DNA of 64,000 bases, taken from positions 1,576,001-1,640,000 of the forward strand of contig NMRA01000007.1 in assembly GCA_002633005.1 (NCBI GenBank), read 5' to 3'. Source of the stretch: Phoronis australis. Its lineage: Eukaryota > Animalia > Phoronida. Under the pieces are notes generated by a model that saw nothing but the letters and a program-made list of their open reading frames with translations, did no database searches and was not told where the DNA came from. Of the stretch, positions 59,556-64,000 are shown piece by piece. Positions within the stretch are counted from its first letter, which is position 1. Every line of letters starts with the position of its first letter. A program made the position numbers and the translations under genes.

Positions 59556-61997
59556 CTGAAACAGTTCATCAACATCTTGTTTTGTTTATTTTAATCTAAT
59601 CGGCAACACATTTTTTTTCACTACAAGGGTGTTAAGTTTTAGGGACAGTCTAAAAACTACCCTTGGGTTTCATGGGCGGTAATCGTACCCTTTCCATGGG
59701 TGGGCCGCAATGCACTTATCACTGACGCAACCCTTATTACAGTACACAAAACACTCCAAGAATTTTCAACACACGCGAAGCGCACAGAAGCTGAACTTAA
59801 TTGAGGTACATTTACTAACGGACAAAAACATTTTGTCGCGGTAAATTCGCCCCCATGCATGACAAGGGCCATCTGTTTTACGTGTGCACAATGTAAAATC
59901 AGTATTGCTTTGCTTTCCTATGTTGTCTCACTTCAGCATTGTCAAACGTCGTTCCTAACAAGATGACCACAGAGTNTCCCACTTCCCTTGACATCATCGT
60001 GCAAACCTGTAGGTGTTCAAATGGAACCCTCCTGGGGTCCTCATATTAGTTTCCCACTAGACACAGCAGTATGGCTTCGACAGGCACAACTATGCATCCT
60101 ATAAAGAAAATTAGTGACTAAAGAATTTGCGGATCAACACCGAGTTGTTTTCTCATCTCGGTTCATGAAACTTACAGAGATGAATAAATTATACTCCACA
60201 CGCACACGCACACACAGTGCCCAAACGAACACACGTTTACATGATATCACGGTGCCTTGTTGATTTCTTCTCGCAATCCACATCTTTCCAAGTCATTAAC
60301 AGATTCTTCTCGGGATCTCTTAAATCCCGGACATTTTTGCTTTCACCTGGAGAGCCTTCGCGTATGCACTTGGGGACAAATTGATAATTGTGAGTTGTAT
60401 TATTACGTCTACTGTTTAATATGACAATCGATTTTTGAGTACTTTGTTTCAATTGACTAGTGGGGTGCATCCCATGAAAAACCTGCTGTCGAGTTGCGAA
60501 TTTGCCATAAAACCTGGGTTTAGAGACTACTTGAAATACAAAGCATGGCGTAAACTAGTGAAGTACATCGTAAAACATATCTGTGGACTCGTTGAGGAGG
60601 AAGTTTCCGGATTGTCTGTGTGCATGCCTGTTTGTTGCTTGCTCGATATACACGTTTTCTTAGCCTAAGGGATATATGACCGAAAGGCCAGTGAAGACAT
60701 ATTTTGTGTAGTTTTCCAACTGCAGGGCAATACACGTTATGCAACAAGATGATGACGATTATCTCCTGCTTCCTCTCACGAGTGAACTATCTTTACAGCG
60801 TGTATCCTACACATGTACAGCCACTTACAAACAGATACTTTACCATACTTTTCAAACGAAGGCCCAAGGAAAACATGAAAACATAGACCTAGATTTCCAG
60901 GGCAAATTCAGTCAGATTCTAAAATTTAAAAAGACGCATTTTATGATGTGAAGTTGTCGGTTTCGGTTTTCACTAGAAGAAGGTTAGTAAACACAGTCCC
61001 ACGTAAATCAATGCCATAGCCACCGTTGCAAATCGTTGAAACGAAGGTGACAAATAATTTAAATCTTGGTCACTTATTTTGATCAGAAATTTTATTAATC
61101 AATTTCTACAGTTCTACGGATTGTGATCTGACAGGAAACTAAATAAGGGGGCAGTTTATGTTCGTGCATTCATGAATATTTAACTTATAAATCACTGTAT
61201 TTCAGAATGAATTACAACCCATCACTACGAAATAAAACATTCGAGGGGTGTATGAAAGAAACGCCAACTGAGTTGTGTTCCGTAAGGCTTAATTTTTGCT
61301 AGTTTGGCGTGGCACAAGTATTCGAGGGATATCGCCACGCCCCTACAAGCGAAAAATGCGATCTCACTATCTTTCACTCGCCATTATCTTGCGTTAGAGA
61401 GCCGGTCCGTTTGCAAAATAATCCAATGATTGCTTTGTCGTTTCCCAAATTATTACAAAATAGTCAATTTCTTATAAAGCTAAATGCTTGGGTAAGTATC
61501 TTCTACTGTCCCAGAAGTTAAAAACATCAAAAACAAAAATTACCAACGAATCATCCAGACTTGTAGTCACGAAAACTGAAAACCCTAAACATTGCTATTT
61601 AAGTTACATACTTGGAACTAGAGTACTGCTGTTGTCTCTCAGTTAGTGATTAATTGCCACTGTTGTTTTCTTATTGAAAGGCGAATAGGTAAAAACATCC
61701 ACATGTATTTAATAAAATAAAAGTGTATATAACACAACAACCCATCTATTAGGAAAAAATCAAGGTCATACCTCATTTTCATCTAAACAATCTTAAAGTG
61801 GCCCCTGTTAAATACCATTCATTGAAACACAAATAGAATCTAATAAATTATCACCCCTAATGAGACTCAAAAAATCTAAAAAGTCTTTTCATCACGATTT
61901 TCTAATTTTTTTAATATTCTTCCACAGTCCTTAATTTGCCAGCCTTCAGCTGGCCAATGCAACTGGTCGCAGACTCTCGATAACAGTTTTGGCGACC

Positions 61998-63398
61998 TCA
62001 TTTTCGTTTTGACTTCCTGGAATTTTGGTGAAGTCTCATATGGCGAGCTGGCACCAACCTATGTGTCGAGCACTGTTCGAAGTTCAATAACTCCTTCAGA
62101 CCAATCAAATCCTTTATGACACCGTATGTGCAAAGCTGGTCTATGCTCCCCAGAATAGAGCGGCCACCTGATGCACGCTGCATGGACTTCCGGACGGAAA
62201 TGACAGACAGTTATTGAAGAGACAAAGGGCTGTGAAGGTGGCGTCTCAGCATTCCGATATATCGAGGATCTACTTTATAAAACATCAGTTCTTCTGCGTC
62301 GATCCACTGCTCACCATGTATAGGATATCCACTAGCTTCAAGGAGGTGAAAAAATTGTACCAATTTCTCCGTAGAGTATTTGTTACGAGCCGGAACTTGT
62401 TTCAAAAGAACGAAGCTTAATTTTCTGATTCTATGGTTACGATGTATGACGTATCGTGGGCATGCAATTTTGTCAGCATTGACAACTGCGCCATGCTTAA
62501 TTAAGCACCGAACTATTTCCAAGGAAGGCTTCTTCTTGAGACAAGCCAAATCAACAGCACGCATACCCTTGCTAGTTACAGCATTGTAATTAGCCCAATA
62601 GTGTAGGAGAATGTCCACAATGACTTCCTTGGCGTCGTGTGCTGACACTGCAGAATGAAGTGGCGTAAAGCCATTCCCATCCTTGATGTTGACATGCGCA
62701 CCAACCTTTAAAAGAAATTTAACAACTTCTTCTTGACCCGACCTCACAGCGAGATGGAGAGGGGTCATGTTTGAACGGTTCTGTGGCTGATTAACATTCG
62801 CACCCAAACTCACCAGGCATTTAACAGCTTGAAGGCTGCTTTCAGAAGCCAAGCCAAGTGCAGGGCGCCCACTGCCGTCAACAATCAAGCCAGCACCAGC
62901 TTTGTGCAACATTTGGATCATTTCAACATTTTCAGAGCGTATAGCGTAAAACAATGGTAATCGCTGGCTCCCAGGCTCTCCGGGAATGTCCGCGCGTCCA
63001 AGACAATCTACTTTAGCACCGTGCTCTAACAGAACTTTGACCACTTCCTTATGAGATGAGCGAACAGCCAAAGTCAGAGGTGACTCAGCTCCATTTTCGT
63101 AGCTCACAGCGGCCCCGGCTTTCAGTAACATTTTAACAATATTCAAGCGACCTTTTCTTGCCGCGTAGTGCAAGGGACCCCATCCGTCATTTCCACATAA
63201 ATTTGAAGAGGCTCCATTCTTTAACAGAACATCCACTACTTTTTTGTGACCGTTTTCACAAGACACGTGAAGTGCTGTTCGTCCCCACAGCCCACAGCCT
63301 TTGTCTACACTGTCTGGGTATTCTTTCAGGATGATCTTCACTTCATTAGCTCTGCCTTCTTCCGCGGCAGAATGTAACGGCAACCAATTAAGCTCCAT
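61998..63398 (-). CDS. Ankyrin repeat and SOCS box (ASB-like) protein, with an in-frame TAA at 62211-62213
   Basis: 395-aa ORF with about 8-9 ankyrin repeats (GRTALHVS, GWGPLHYAA, MTPLHLAV, GFTPLHSAV). The same frame continues past the TAA: SPLSLQ*LSVISVRKSM...IDQL...IKDLIGL, ending at TGA 61998. A splice acceptor (ttttgcag) lies just upstream of the ATG. Confidence 0.85.
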
Positions 63399-64000
63399 CG
63401 TTCATCTGCAAAACGAAGACATCAACTTTCATTCGGATTTAATAGACGAGTCTCTGACACTGCACATCGTCTTTAGCGCCATGGCAATTAATGGCCATAG
63501 ACTAGAGCAACAGTCGATATTTCTTACCAACTTATCGCATCCAATGAATGACCATTCTTCTTAGAAATAAACACGGTGGGCGCGTGGTGTAACTGTTGGT
63601 GGTTGCTGTTATTTCCAAAAATACGTGACTGCTCTGGGGAATAAGAGAGCCGTGCTTCAGCAAATGCCAGCAGCGATATCCTCATTTCAATCAGACGAAC
63701 TGACAACATAAGACAGTATGACTTTCAAAGAAATCCTGAAGCTCCTGCACAGAGTCAAATGGTCCTTACAACTATACTAGGCCTAACCAAAGCCCTCAAA
63801 ATATAGGTCTACCGATAGTTTACTAGATTAGTGGAGCTGGAATACCATATAAGTTCAAGCAAGTTGTTCTAGACGAGTTAACAGCCGCAAAACTCGACAC
63901 TAAGTGTCACACCTGTCACAATGAAATGACCACCCCAGAACGTGCAAAACCTGACGTGCAATTGCCGTAAAACAATCTAAGAACAGGCTAATTTGATAAA

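Noticed and set aside
1-64000. Prokaryotic operon or defence-system interpretation of the ORF track
   Set aside because: Coding density is low, and spliceosomal introns and animal-type transposons show the DNA is eukaryotic. Many listed ORFs begin at GTG or TTG and are not credible genes.

Overview
This is AT-rich, intron-containing eukaryotic DNA. The repeat landscape suggests a marine invertebrate animal, but that is an inference. Most short ORFs in the track are spurious or are single exons. The first ~54 kb is a diverged tandem segmental duplication: unit A runs from <1 to ~30432 and unit B from ~30433 to 54003. Each unit carries a 7-exon minus-strand organic solute transporter alpha-like gene (SLC51A/OSTalpha; both copies splice into intact frames and share a GC-AG intron). 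Each also carries, tail-to-tail with it, a plus-strand gene for an acidic, probably disordered protein, intact in A and pseudogenised in B. Copy A of the transporter has a second, duplicated first exon, separated from the first by a stack of nested DNA transposons. Beyond the duplication lie a cytosolic 5'-nucleotidase 1 (NT5C1A-like) gene and an ankyrin-repeat/SOCS-box gene with an in-frame TAA inside the SOCS box. The most unusual object is a ~3 kb P-element-like transposon (20082-23100; CATAGA termini, 7-bp TSD). Its decayed gene runs from a THAP domain to a C-terminal PHD finger and is followed directly by two tandem histone-mRNA-type 3' stem-loops. All coordinates and alignments were read by eye and need computational confirmation.
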